A stretch of DNA of 64,000 bases from Lama glama (Eukaryota): the NCBI GenBank assembly GCA_028534125.1, contig CM052817.1, positions 98,334,001 through 98,398,000 of the forward strand, given 5' to 3'. The notes beneath the pieces were generated by a model. The model was given only the letters and a program-made list of their open reading frames with translations. It was not told the DNA's origin and did no database searches. The translations under genes were made by a program, and so were the position numbers. Of the stretch, positions 25,684 to 38,485 are shown in pieces (the first letter of the stretch is position 1; every line of letters begins with the position of its first letter).

Positions 25684-26297
25684 TGCTAGGCAGTTAGATA
25701 GAAATGAGCACCGGGCAAGGGGAGAGGATGGGGGAGGGAGCAACCCAGAAAATAACAGTATGCCTGCACTCAGGACAAGGAGCTCCAAAAACTTTTACTT
25801 TCTCTAAATGACGGCCAGCAAAGAGGCCAGCTAGAATCGAACCCTGCAGCTGCACAGCAGAGAGAAGGACCCAGCTTCACTTGGCCCAATGCTCATTATA
25901 ATGTAATTAACATTGCAGTTTGAGCCCCCCTCCCCACCTCGTAGGTTTCTCTGTGTGCATCATGGGTAACAACACGCGTATAAGAGATAGGCATGCCTGA
26001 GCACAAGGAATATGAGCTGTCAATCAGCCTGAGCATAATGAACGTGAATCATCAATCAAATCAATCAGTCACAAAAACACCCCCTAAGCCACAATATAAG
26101 AACAGAAAAAACAAAGGAGCAGCACCATTTTCCTCTCTTGGGTTGGCCCGCCCCCAATTCTCAGGGGTGTACTATATTTTACTACCTTTTTACTTTACTA
26201 ATAAAATCTTCTGTTTATATCACACTTTCTGTCTCTCATTAAAAATTCATTTTTTTCATTAAGAACTGAGGTGACTTTTCCCCTCCTCCCAGTAACA
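25684..26297 (+). mobile_element. ERV1-type solo LTR (614 bp) with 4-bp TSD
   Basis: Termini tgctagg...agtaaca. TTAT flanks both sides (25680-83 and 26298-301). TATA-like aatataag at about 26093 and AATAAA at about 26200. Confidence 0.85.
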
Positions 26298-26409
26298 TTA
26301 TCATGACAATTTTTATAAAGTACATGAATTTATTTTCTCTCTCTTAATAAGTATTACATACTGAAATACTTTGCTTATTTGAAGCTAAAAAAAACTTCCC
26401 TGGAAACTT

Positions 26410-26925
26410 GTGTCAGGGAACTATTGCTGTGAAACAAACAGCATAGAATATGAGGGGCATACAAGGGTAAGTGTTTATTTAGCTCATTATCAGTGATAAA
26501 CATTTAGTTAGCTCATGTGAGTCAGCTGGGATTCAGTTGAACTAAGCAAGGCTTATCTAGGCAGCTATAAGCTACAAGTGGTTTATTCAGTCAGCTCCAT
26601 GTCTCTTATCCTCCCTAGACCAGAGGGCTAGTTGGGAAATGTCATTCTCATGCAATGACACAGGCACAAGAAGACTAGCCCAACCACACAAGCACATGTC
26701 AAGCCTCTGCTGGTGTCACATTCACTGATAGCCAACTGGCCAAATCACATGGCCAAACCCAAGGCCAAAGTGTGAGGAAGCATATCCCATCCACCATGAG
26801 GCTAAAGCTGGTTACATGGCCAAGTCCAACATCAGGAATACAGGAAAGTATGTACACTCCTACCATGGAGGTGGTGGGCAGGAAATGACTATTTAAAAGA
26901 CCTAAAGGTCATAATTTACCTCAAC
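26410..26925 (-). mobile_element. MaLR LTR (old MLT1 type)
   Basis: ctattgctgtgaaacaaac...tttatttagctca...caagcacatgtcaagcctctgct...ggccaaatcacatggccaaaccc. Confidence 0.75.
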
Positions 26926-27199
26926 AAAATTAGAGTAGATCACTGCTAACCTAGTACTAACTGGGTAGATGAGGAAGACCTGGGAAGGGGTTTTATCCTA
27001 CTCAACATCACCTACCTAAAATGCCACTCTTAATTTTATTCCTTTGAGTAAAGGACTCCTTTAGTATATCTCAAACTTTCCATAAAGGAGGCAATACATT
27101 TTAAACAAAGCAGTACATTTTTATGTCTTTCTTCCAAATAAGAGAACATTTATGGGACAGTAGCATATTCATAATTTACGAGGGTCAGATATAAAGTAG

Positions 27200-27620
27200 C
27201 AGCCAAGAAAACAGAAAGGAAGGGGAAAGTAAGTCAGAGCTACCAGGAAAAGAGAATCAAGAAAACTTGATTAGATGGTATGAAACAAGTGGAAAGAAGC
27301 ACAATGGATTTTAGCTTCCAGTGGATACTGAGCTGAAAATGACCCACAATTCTGTATTGAAAGTGTGAGAAGAGAATTCGGTCAAGAAGCCAGGCATGAG
27401 CATGTGAGAGAAAGAATGCGAAAGAGAGACATAGGAGGAGAGAGAGAGAAAGAGATGTGGAAGTCTTGGACATAGAAGTGACAATGGAGGTTGAGAAAGG
27501 TGATGAGGTCACTTAAGGAAAGCTCTGAGGAAAAGTACAGAAAGCAATTAAAGAGACATTCTTGGGGAGTTCCTGCATTTAGGGAGAAGCTAGGAAAGGA
27601 AACAAACGGAAAGAACACCT
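27200..27620 (-). mobile_element. LINE-2 fragment
   Basis: gatgtggaagtcttggacatagaagtgaca...gatgaggtcacttaagga...cttggggagttcctgcatttaggg. Confidence 0.6.
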
Positions 27621-28134
27621 GAATTAAGCTTCCTGGTCCAGGACAAGTCAACCATACCATAAATACAGATAACAGATCCCATCATTTGATCTAGACAAGA
27701 CAGCAGAGAGATAGGTCTAAATCCCTATGTTGTGATTTCTTGTCAAATAGCGAAAGAGACCATTTATCAGACAATACTGCTGTTTTGCTAGACAGAAATC
27801 ATCTACCAGAATCCAGTAAAAATAAATAAGAGCAACTTTATACTATTTATAACACAGAGAAAGTATTATGCAAGCTTGTGATTAGTTTTCTACTAGTATT
27901 TAATGACTATTTGACTCTGTCCCATTTTGGAAAATTGAAAAATAAATTCTAATTATTTTGCAGGCAAAGAGAGTGATATTTACTCTTCCTTGAAACAGAC
28001 CATACCCTTGATTTGCTTTCTTAAATATGTGCTATTGAATATATGTGTCTTGCTCTTAAAATGCTGTCATGTTTGATATCTGTTAAACAACGTGTGGTAG
28101 ACTTGGTTAAGACACTCCCATGAAATGGCAGTGT

Positions 28135-28380
28135 CATGGTAATAATGGTTAACCTTTCTAAAGCACACATCCATCCTCCAGGTACTGCTCAGAATTCCTT
28201 CTGTATATTACCTTATATTTATTCCACACAACAACATAATAAGGTGGGTATCATTATCTCTTTTTTTGCAAGTGAGAAAATCAGAGCAAAAAGAGTTAGA
28301 GTAATGTACGCAGGCTCTCACAAACAGCAGATGCAGAACTCAAACCCACACAGTTGAGCTCCAAAGCTCAGCTGACAACG
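28135..28380 (-). mobile_element. MIR SINE
   Basis: aaggtgggtatcattatctctttttttgcaagtgagaaaatcagagc...gaactcaaaccca...ctccaaagctca. Confidence 0.7.
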
Positions 28381-29304
28381 TGTCCCTCTTTACTCAAAAG
28401 ATTCACGATTTTTCCTATTGTCCCAGTGTAATTATTAATGGCATGTCCTTTAATTCTCAAAGTGTCCCATTTGGGATGATAAATTATATGGTTAGCCCAC
28501 CCAGATCCCAAACCCTTATCAACTACACAATGCTGCCTCTCTGGCAGAAAGCTAGCAATGCTGAGGAATTAAAAAAGGAAAATAAAGAAAGTGCTTCTAA
28601 GAGCAGTAGGCAGATTAGTTAAAATGAACCATCACAAAGGGCTACAGAATATATGAAGTATTCTTTCCTTATTATAGAAATGTAATCTGAATTCCCCAGG
28701 TATCACCAACCCGTCAGCATAAATGTAGTTCCATCAGCTGTAGTGGACAAATTTTAATTGCTCTTAATCCCGTCTGAATGATCCTAAGACATCATGCTTT
28801 CCTCAAAGTCTTCCTCAGTTATATTAGAGTCTCCAAAATACATACCACATACCTGTGGACACAACGCATTCATGCTCTGCCACTTTGTCTCCTCACTGGA
28901 AGTCTGCCCAACTTATACTTAGCCTGGACATCGTTCCTACCCCACGTGCCCCATGAGAACACCACTCTCTCAAGTGCCCCAAACTCGCTTGTTGCTCTAC
29001 TGCGCACAGCAACTCTCTGTGACTATGATGCTGTGGGGTCCCAAGCTGCCCTGAGCTGTGTGTGAAGCAGGGCTAAGGATGGAATGGCTCACTAACCCAC
29101 TCCACTAACCCACACCTGGGCCCAGAAGAGTCAGCTTTGATCCAAATCTTCCACATTATTCATGAACAGTTATTTCTATTCTTGGGCATAAACCTTCTTT
29201 ACTCAACATCTCAAATCCGTCTATTAGTTGGACAGTAAGAGGTGAGAGGGGATAGTCTGTCACCTTCATTTTGCTCTCTGTCATCTTTCTTAGTATCTAT
29301 GCAT

Positions 29305-29430
29305 TAAAAAGAAGAAGAGAAGGAAAAGCAGGAGAACCAGAAAAAGAAGGAAAGAAGGAAGGACGGGGGAAAGAGGGTAGATGGGTAGATGGAGGGGTGG
29401 AGGGATGGTGGGAGGGAGGGAAGAAGAATT
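29305..29430 (+). repeat. Purine-rich (GA/GGA) low-complexity tract with G4 motif
   Basis: Seen directly: aaagaaggaaagaaggaagg...ggggtggagggatggtgggagggaggg. Confidence 0.8.
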
Positions 29431-29570
29431 TTTTAAAAATCTCCCCTCATTTTTCTCACCATGAAAATGATTACTGCACAATGCTCACAATTCCAATAAT
29501 GAGTAACTCAGTTTCAGTTAATATTTATTTTCCTTCATTTATCATTATGTGATATTATATAAATATATAT

Positions 29571-29641
29571 AATTAAACAATTACAAAAAGTAGGATAATT
29601 TTTCTTTATATATATGTCCTACTTTTTGTAATTGTTTAATT
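29571..29641. repeat. Perfect 25-bp inverted repeat with 21-nt spacer
   Basis: aattaaacaattacaaaaagtagga (29571-95) is the exact reverse complement of tcctactttttgtaattgtttaatt (29617-41). Confidence 0.95.
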
Positions 29642-30772
29642 CTATTAAAATATAAGGTTTTAGTTTAAAATGCATTCACGTATCTGAATTGTAGAGTCTC
29701 TAAGTCAGCTGACCCTTTAAACCATTACTTGACTAAGTTTGTTCCAAAAATAAGCTATTACTTAAATATCTTTAACAACAACATAAGCGGCTTCACTAGA
29801 TTACCTGGGTGCAGCTAAGACAAACACCAAATTTAACTGCCTCCATTTTCCAATTCTGGAGACAAAAATAACAGTTCCCAAACACATCAGTCAGGTTACA
29901 TTGCTGCCCTCCTCTGCCACTACAGAGTCCTCACTTTGTTCTCCAGACTGATAGGCCTGGAGAGTCTGCCAGGAATCAGTACACATGAACTCTCTAGGCT
30001 GTAAAAAATGTTGGAGGCTGAGGTGGAGGGTCACTGGGCAAGGATCAGACCACCACCCCTTATTCTAAGAGAGCTGAGACCAAGAGTGATAAGAACCTTG
30101 GAAACAAAGAGCTGACTATTTCAAAGAATGAATGTTGATATTGATATTGTTTTTGTCAATTGAACATATTTGTAAAGCACTGGAAATAGGAAATTCCATG
30201 ACAAAATATCTTATGGCAGTATTATAAATATATAAACTGAATATGAAGGATTAATAACCAGAACCGTTAAAGGATCATCCTGGCATACTTTTTATTTTCA
30301 TTATTTCCTACACATTTTGCTTATTGCTAAATGTTATAGTCTATTTTAAAGAAATCATGTATTATAAAGATTTATAAGTAATCAATTCTACTATTTTTTA
30401 TAACCTCCCATAAAAGTAATGACACATATGTTAAGCTATGGGACATTTACAGATCAGCACAGCAAGGGGAATTCTAGTTACATGCCAAAGTACTTTCCTA
30501 TCTGACTCCTGGAATTACGATCTCAGCAAGAACTAGATTATAGCAGTGATACCAGACTGAGAAGGGAATCACTAGATCAGCTTACTATAAACAGATCATG
30601 ATTGTCACTCCCATCAAGTAGGCACTAAACTAAGCATGACTTGGCCACACCAATCAAAGCAGATATAATAGTTCAGTCCTTCCCCCAGAATAAGAAGAAA
30701 AAAGGACATGAAGTGACTAAAATTTATGAACCTGTAGATGTGTTGCTTTGTATAAAACGTGCATTCTTCTGT

Positions 30773-31117
30773 TGTTATGGACTGAATGTTTCTGTCTCCC
30801 CTCAAGCTCGTATGTTGAAGCCCTAATCCCCAATGTTATGGTTTTAGGACGTGGGGCCTTTGGGAGGTAACTGGATTGAGATGATGTCATGAAGGTGAAG
30901 CTCCCATGATGGAATTAGTCTTCTTATTAGAAGCTGAGATGAGAGCATCCTCTCACACCAAGTGAGGATACAGTAAGAAGGTGGCCATCACTAGGAACCA
31001 AATCTACTGTACTTTGATCTTTGGCTTCCCAGCCTCTAGAATTGTGAGGAATAAATGTCTGTTGTTTAAACGTCCAGTATATGGTATTTTATTATGGCAG
31101 CCCAAGCTGACAAAGAA
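30773..31117 (+). mobile_element. MaLR solo LTR (MLT1A-like)
   Basis: tgttatggactgaatgtt...gttgaagccctaatccccaatg...ggggcctttgggaggt...cccagcctctagaattgtgaggaataaatgtctgttgttta. Confidence 0.9.
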
Positions 31118-32329
31118 ACTAGATTTATTGGTGAAATAAATCTGTATTTTTAATTTCAATGCATTTGTCTTCAGAAACTATTACAAACAATAACTTCTTG
31201 GATGTAAGCTGGCAGCTACCAGTTTTTAAAATTCATTATATGCAGCACTAACAGAATGAGGCCCCACAGAGGACCCTGCACACTAGCTACCATTCTGTTT
31301 TATTTTTATTTTAACAATAAGAATAATGCTTCTTTTTAATATTAAACATTTGTTCTGATTAAACAGTCCATTTCTGCTGACTCATAACAGACCCTGGCCT
31401 GGTACTGTTTATTAACTTTCCTATGAACATATTGTTTATAGCAGGTGTCTGATTAACATAACTGGTCACTGAAGGCTCATTGTTGGCCACGTAGGAGAGT
31501 AGCTTTGCCTGGCAGCAGGGCCAGCTCCTTTATCACCTCATGTATTTGTATCCTGATCAGATTTAATCCTCTCCTAACTTTCCCTTTTGTTGGGTGACTC
31601 ATACTTGGCTGGCTATGCAAGTGTGTCCTAAGTTCACCAGATCAGAGCAGAAAACCACTTGAATGTGCCGGAATAGATGTGGCCTAAGGATACATTACAG
31701 CTGTTTTCACCTTGAAAATCTGAAAAAAAAACACCATACAAACTAAATAAATGTAAGAACAACAAAATGTCCTTTTCGAGTCTGGTAAACAAAGGTGATG
31801 TTGGTTTGAGGCCAGGGGCCAGACCATCTTCAATATCTATGAAGTGACACATTCACAGTAAATCTACAAGAGATGTCCATGTTTAAAATTATATCTGCCA
31901 ACAAATCAAACAGAATACTCATGAATAAGAAAGTATAACCTGGGTATTACTCGAGGATCTCCACAGGCTTGCTTGGAAAAGGGTTTTGGAAACTTCTGAG
32001 AGAAGCAGACTTTTTCTGAAGGATAACTTCCCTTCTCGGCCCCAAGACAAGACATAAGGCAACTGAATTGTCAACTTTTTATCATCTCTAGGACTAAAAA
32101 GGTGTATGTTATCTTTTACAATTTTTCCTACTCCACCAATTTTAGAGGAAAGTAGGAAAGATTTTCATTTCATGTCTCTCACCTTAGTACTGTCATCTGT
32201 CCTTCACTCTGCTGTGGCTGGTGACACCATCTCTTCTCTCCTTTCTGTATACAAGGTTCTAGTCTATGACCTGGATCACCGCAGGGAATAGGGAAGAAAA
32301 GAACCCTGCCATATTGGAATCAACAGCCA

Positions 32330-32730
32330 CGGGAAGAGATGAATGATAAACAAACCAGTATTTGTGTAATATAATATCACATAATGATAAATGAAGGAAA
32401 ATAAATATTAAAGAGATGGAGGAGGATAGAGAGCAGAGGACATTTCAGGGAGGAAAGTCAGGAAAAGCTTTTCTGAGCAAATGATATTTGAGCAGAGATG
32501 TGAGTCAAACTCTTGCAAAGTGACCCACGAGGAAAGAAAATTCTACAAAGAAGAAACAGCAAGTGCAAAGAATTTAGTGTATTCAAAAGAGTAGAAGTCA
32601 TCAGCCTGATTGGAGTAGAGTAAGCAGGAGGCAGGTGGTAGGACCTGAGGTCAGAAAGGTAGAAAATGTATTTCTTGGGTGTTTGAAGTTTATTCTACAT
32701 GTGACAGGAAGGAACTGGAGAACTTTTAAA
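32330..32730 (-). mobile_element. LINE-2 fragment
   Basis: gtcaggaaaagcttttctgagcaaatgatatttgagcagaga; acagcaagtgcaaag. Confidence 0.7.
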
Positions 32731-32899
32731 TTTTACTTTAAAGTATTTCAGACATAGACGAAAGAAATAAAGGAGAAAATGAGCACTGCGTACGCAGCAT
32801 CTAATTTAAGAAACATTACAGAAATTGAATCTCCTTCATACCCCAACAGCAACAAAAATAAATAAAAAATAAGAAATAAGTCTATCAAGCAAGATGAAT

Positions 32900-33510
32900 A
32901 GAAATAGAAATGTCTATTAAGCAAGATGAGTAAGTTCTAGAATCTGCTGTAGCATGCTGTGCCTATATTCAATACTGTATTATACATTTAAAATTTTGTT
33001 AACAGGACAGATTTCTTGGGAAGTGTTCCTACTACAATATAAAATGAAATAAAAAGGAAATAATTCTAACAAGAATTTACATGATCTTTATGAAGAAAAA
33101 TTAAGAAAGTCACTAAAAAACAAAGTATGTGAATATAAAATATATGATGTAAAAATACATCTTCTAATTTTTATGAAATATAAAAATATAAAGATTAAAT
33201 AGATAACCTATTGACAGAAAGACTTAATATCAAAAAGAAGTCAATTCTCTATAAACTATTTCAATATTAACAGCATTTTTAATGGAGCTAAAAAAATTAA
33301 TTCTCAGAATTATATGAAAGTGAAAAAATTCAAGAAGATCCAAAGGGAAAAAAAAGTAGTGGAACTTTCCCTGCCAGACATGGGTCTTATAAAGCTATAC
33401 CAACTAGGGTATTGGTGTGGGCATACACTAAGAGATAAAAGAAATAGAAATGAATATCCAGAAACAGACCCAGATGTAGGTGGAAATTTGATATATGGTG
33501 GAAAAAGCAT
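32900..33510 (+). mobile_element. L1 fragments (3' UTR piece followed by degraded ORF2)
   Basis: agttctagaatctgctgt...atactgtattatac is 3' UTR-like. Track ORF 33314..33658 contains L1 ORF2-like LSLPD...YWC...NRNEYPETDP...GNLIY. Confidence 0.75.
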
Positions 33511-34129
33511 ATCATCCCCCTTATCTTTTCCTCTTTTTCTTCCACTCCAGACCCATAACTTAATATGGAGCTCAGATTTAACTGTGCTGGAGAGCTCTCT
33601 CTTTATGCAAATATCTCATTATTTCATCAGGAGCTTCCAGAAGTTTCATTTGGGATAAATTCAGCAGCATTTCTGACCGTTGGATTATTAAGATGGAAGT
33701 TTTAGTCTCATACTCATTTTTTTGAATGCTAGATTCTTACCCTGTATCAATAGCTCCTCTTCTCCGTAACTGACTGGGGTTCCCTCACATGCCTAAACAA
33801 GCAGTTTCTTCCTTAGTGGAAAAAAAGGAAGTAATCATTATTCTGAATTTAGCTGTCTTCCTTTACCACTCATGTCTTTATGCTTTACTGCATATATGTA
33901 CTCTTAAATAATTAAAATACCATTTTGAATACCCAGAATTTTTACATAAAGTATGTGTCCTTTTGAAACTTTTACTCATAATTTCTTCAAAAAATATTTA
34001 CCCATGTTGATACATATAGCATTAGTTCACTTCCTGAGTGGTTTTTATCATATATTTACTGATTCTTTTTATAGGTCTGAAGTATTTCATAATAGGTCTT
34101 AAAAAGAAAAAAAAGTATAGAAAGTAAAG

Positions 34130-35200
34130 AAGCAGATATGCTAAGAAGATTCAATATTTTGAGGAGTTGTTTATAAAGGAGAGCAAAGAAATGGAACGGC
34201 AATTGAAGAAGTAAGAAACAAAAGGTTACATGGCATCTAGGGAGGGTGTTAATAAGATGGAAAATTTCTCAGTATATTGTATGCTCTTGAGATACAGTCC
34301 AGAAGAGAAGAAATAAATAATGGAGGTGAGATAGGAAATAATCTGGAGTAAAGAAAGTGAACAGAGGAGTAAAATCCTTGAGTAAGTCCCAGACAATGTG
34401 ATACTGTCATCAAGAAGGGATGAACAGGGAGATGTTCATCCATTGCAAGAAGAAGAGAAGCAGACTCTGAGGCCGAAGATGCTGGAAGGTTGACAGACTG
34501 AGAGGTAGGAAGATAAGATCATCTTCTCTAATAGTGTCTGCTATACCCATTTCATTAGAAATAAAAGTCATCAGCAGAAAGGAGGAAGACGAGATGTTCA
34601 AAGTCTGAGGAAGGCCAAGATCATGTGTAATATTAATCGGAGAGAGAAGACTGAATTAACTTGAAATGTGGACTAAAACTGCTTGTCATTTCTGAGGGTC
34701 GACTTGACATCTGTGATCAGAAAGTGAAAGTGAAATAAATCAGCATAGTTATGTTTTTCTCCAGCCATGCCCTGTTTATCTGCATGAATTAGGCAGAAAG
34801 TTGGTTTTACTGTTGGTTTTATTAGACTCAGCCTGTTGGAAAATAAATCAGAAGAGGGTAAGGAAGTAAAAATGTATGCAGGGATACCATGGAATGAATC
34901 TAAGTTCAGTAAGGAGAATGGTAAAAAAAAAAAAATCTCAGGGGTTACTAATATCATAAATATATAAAGTTAATGGGTTGAATGTCCCCAGAGGGGTGCA
35001 AATTTATTGAAGGGGGAGAAGAGCAAGAAAAATATGAGGAGGTGACCAGAAAGTAAGAGACTTAAAAGAAAAATGAAAGATGTTACTGCTAATGACAAAA
35101 TCTAGTTACAACCAAGAAAGTAATGAAGTAGCTATTGGAATTCAATTGTTAGAAATGAATACTCTAAAGATGAGAGCTCGAGAAGCACTGGGTAATAGCC
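34130..35200 (-). mobile_element. LINE-2 internal fragment
   Basis: Purine-rich antisense L2-like text: aaaggagagcaaagaaatggaacgg; aaatcagcatagttatgtttttctccagcca. Confidence 0.55.
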
Positions 35201-36001
35201 CTCCTTGTCTTTCACTGTAACCAAAACACAATGGAGAACATGGCATTAGAAGTCTTTCAAACAATGATTTGCTCTCGGTACCTACAGAAAATACTAAAGT
35301 TTGGCATTAGCAAGAGTTATGTAGTAGTTACACTAGTAATCATCTTATCCCTGAAAAGGAGAACTACTCCTTATTCTATGCAATGATCAGATTTTTTTCC
35401 AAGGGCAGAGTAAGAGTTATCTGCTAGAAATTAGTTAGCTGACATGGGGCATTAATGCAAAACAGGATTTCTCATTCTGTTCCTGGCTACAGCCGCCCAG
35501 AACTGAGGTTTACCTGCATGGCACATGCACAAAAGCTGTACTTGGATGGAGTTTCCAACACTCAAGCCACAGTTTCCTCCTCTCTCTCCTCAACAAATAC
35601 TTTGGAATTCCAGCAAATGAAAGTTACGTTATAGGGATTGTCTTGTAATCCATTCAAATTCATTTCTTACTTTAAAAATCTGGGGACATTAACTTTCTTA
35701 GAATCAAAAGATTTGGAACTCATTTTATAACTTATTTAGATATATGAATATGTTATGAGATCTTGGGTAAGAGCCACTAATTTAAGTGATTGTTTAATAT
35801 TAAATGTGAATCTCAATGCTAGAAAATATGCATAATAGGTGTACAGTCAATTTTGTGTCTTCTCTGATTGGTACTATGAATTAAACTCCACAGAATAATA
35901 AAGAAAAAGAGAATGTTATGGTATCTGCCTTTCTTCTAGGCAGTTATTAGTGCTAATGAGAGCTATTAACTATAATATACATGCTATACAAATATGTTTA
36001 T

Positions 36002-36143
36002 GGGGCAAGGGTATATAGCTCAAGTGGTCGAGTGCATGCTTAACATACACAAGGTCCTGGGTTCAATCCCCAATACCTCTATTAAAAAACTAATTAAATA
36101 GACCTAATTACCTCCCCCCTCAAAAACCTAAAAAAAAAAAAAA
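36002..36143 (+). mobile_element. Young tRNA-derived SINE, camelid Vic-1 type
   Basis: A box tagctcaagtgg, B box ggttcaatccc, body gtgcatgcttaacatacacaaggtcctgg, tail acctaattacctccccc, then poly(A). Degenerate TSD aaatatgtttat/aaaagtgcttat. Confidence 0.85.
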
Positions 36144-38199
36144 GTGCTTATATGTGTGTTCTTGTGTCTGCCTTAAAGCATTATAAGTACATACAAGGAT
36201 GCATATGTAAATCAAGTCCTCTATATTTAAATTGCTAAACAAATCAGTTAAAAGGATGTTTGGTCCCTCATTATGCTGAAAAAAATATATATATATGTAT
36301 ATAAGCATTGGTAGATAAAGAATCATTGGCAGGAATACTTCTAAAGAATAGAAATTCAAGAATATTATGGTAGGATCATGAGATATTTGCCTTAAAATTC
36401 CTCAAAAACTATGCCTTAAAAGAAGCTTACTCTGTAAACACTTTGCATAACAGGCCAATATGGCTCTGGTTAAAAAAAAAAAACAAAAAAAAAACCTGCA
36501 TCTACATAACAGTATTGCCATGCTGATTTCAATGTGGTAACAGTCACAGAATTTTAAATTCTGGAACAGAAATGCCCAAATGAAGCTCTCGTGGGCTTGT
36601 GACAGCAGAGGTAAACTTTTAGTAAACAATCCGTTAGCATTAACTTTTGGCGTCTAATTTGGCAGCATCCCTAAAGAGGCTTGGTTTCAGGAATCTGAAT
36701 CATAAGCTTTCATTTCAACACCACTTATAACATATCAGCACAGTAGACTTCACGGCACTGGAGCATCATGGTGCCTTACCAAGCAGAGCATAATTCCTTT
36801 TAAAAGCTTGATTCAGAAATGCTAGAAGATGTTCATTCCTAAAGATGACTTAAGAAGTGAACTGAGTAAGAACTGCAAGACTTATTTGACTGTGAATGGC
36901 TGAAAACTACTTTAAGTCCTTTGTAAGTTTTTACTTCACTGTGGGAATTAACCGGACTCTGGATAAAATGAAATGCCAGAAAAAAATAGAGCTCTTTAAT
37001 TCTGTTTACAATGTTGGAATAGTTATACTGTATCATATAGTTTTGCATTTCATAAGCACTTCTGATGAAATATTTTATATCAATATTTCTTTCATTTATC
37101 AGAGACTTGCATAGCAAAGTTTTTCTCACCAGGGAGTTTATATTCCTGATATTATAGTAATTCAATCATATGAAACAAAGACCTGCTGGTGGATCTCTGC
37201 ATGTTAGGAGTGCTGGGTGTGTAATCTTAATAAACAGTGATCTAACAAAAGAAGCCGAAAGCCTTGCTCTCTAACAGACTTATGAAAGTAATTATACCTT
37301 TATTGAACTTAACATCACTCTCAGACCCCTGCTGTTCCTGCTGTTTCTTAAAGATGGTTATTTTCTACTTAAAGAAAATAGACAGGCTTTAGAAGAATGG
37401 CTGGTGTTAAGTAATATTACACAATTTAATCAGGTTCTCTGTGCAGCTTATATAACAATGATACAACTATTTCAACCCAAGTAATAAAGACTCAAAGATT
37501 TAAAAAAAAAACCCAGTATGGCTAATTAGAGGAACTTAATAACTGCAGTAACAACTCATGTGACTGTAGGATAGGAAAGAGGGGAAAGGGGAACGTCTTC
37601 CACTGGCAACAACCATTCCCAGGGCATATCATTAACATAGGCTTTCACAGGCTTTGCACAACCATGGCTAGAGTGAAAGAGGGCATTAATGGTGTTAAAT
37701 AATGTAAGATGAGACAAAACGTCAAGAACTATCTTTAAAAAGCGTTAGGGAGAAAGCAGGTGGAATTTTAGGAGCAGCTGGTTGTATTAGGTAGCTGAAG
37801 CAAGGTGATGATAGATCTTTCAGGGTTGCTCTTTGTCCCTAGGGTTTGGTCTCTAGTTTATTCAGGGGTATTCAAGCTCTAGGGAGAAGTGTTTAAATAG
37901 CTCCTACTGTTACAAAACTGATTTATATCCAAAAATCTAATTTGCATTATACATTTGGAAGCATCCATTTCCAGTAGGCAGATAACAGGTGAACAAGGGA
38001 CTCCAAATAAGAAGAATCCTGTATGGAAAACCAACCACAGTCAACTAGATCTCAATGAATGATCTGGTTATCTTTTAGCCAGCAGTTTTAGTAACATCAT
38101 GCCCCTCCCCAGTTACTCACCCAGCAGACACATACTCTCCCCTATTCAGTGTTACCAGCATCCCTGAAAATTCTAATTTGCTTTGTACACAATCCTTTA

Positions 38200-38485
38200 T
38201 GCATTAAACTCTTGTCTTTTTTGTTATTATCTAGTTAGCACAATGACTGATTCAAGTCTTAAATACTCTCTGTAACTTACCCTGATTTCCAAACTTAAGA
38301 CATAATTAGTATCTGTATCATCTCTGTGTTTGATACATATTTGAATATATAAGCATTTACAACATTGTATTTATCTAGTTATACATGTGCCTGTCCCCCC
38401 AGTTATTGTGGGGACTCTTAAGACTTTTGAACCACATTAAATTTCACAGAGCTTACTAAATGCTCGAAAGATGTTTGTTGAATAT
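38200..38485 (+). mobile_element. LINE-2 3' fragment
   Basis: tacatgtgcctgtccccc...cacagagcttactaaatgctcgaaagatgtttgttgaat. Confidence 0.55.

Noticed and set aside
31639..31720. Possible minus-strand exon DFQGENSCNVSLGHIYSGTFKWFSALI
   Set aside because: Good acceptor but poor donor (gtgaac) and no similarity to the expected next IQCM exon.
36002..36075. tRNA gene
   Set aside because: A and B boxes are present but followed by a SINE tail and poly(A), with no proper acceptor stem; it is a SINE head.
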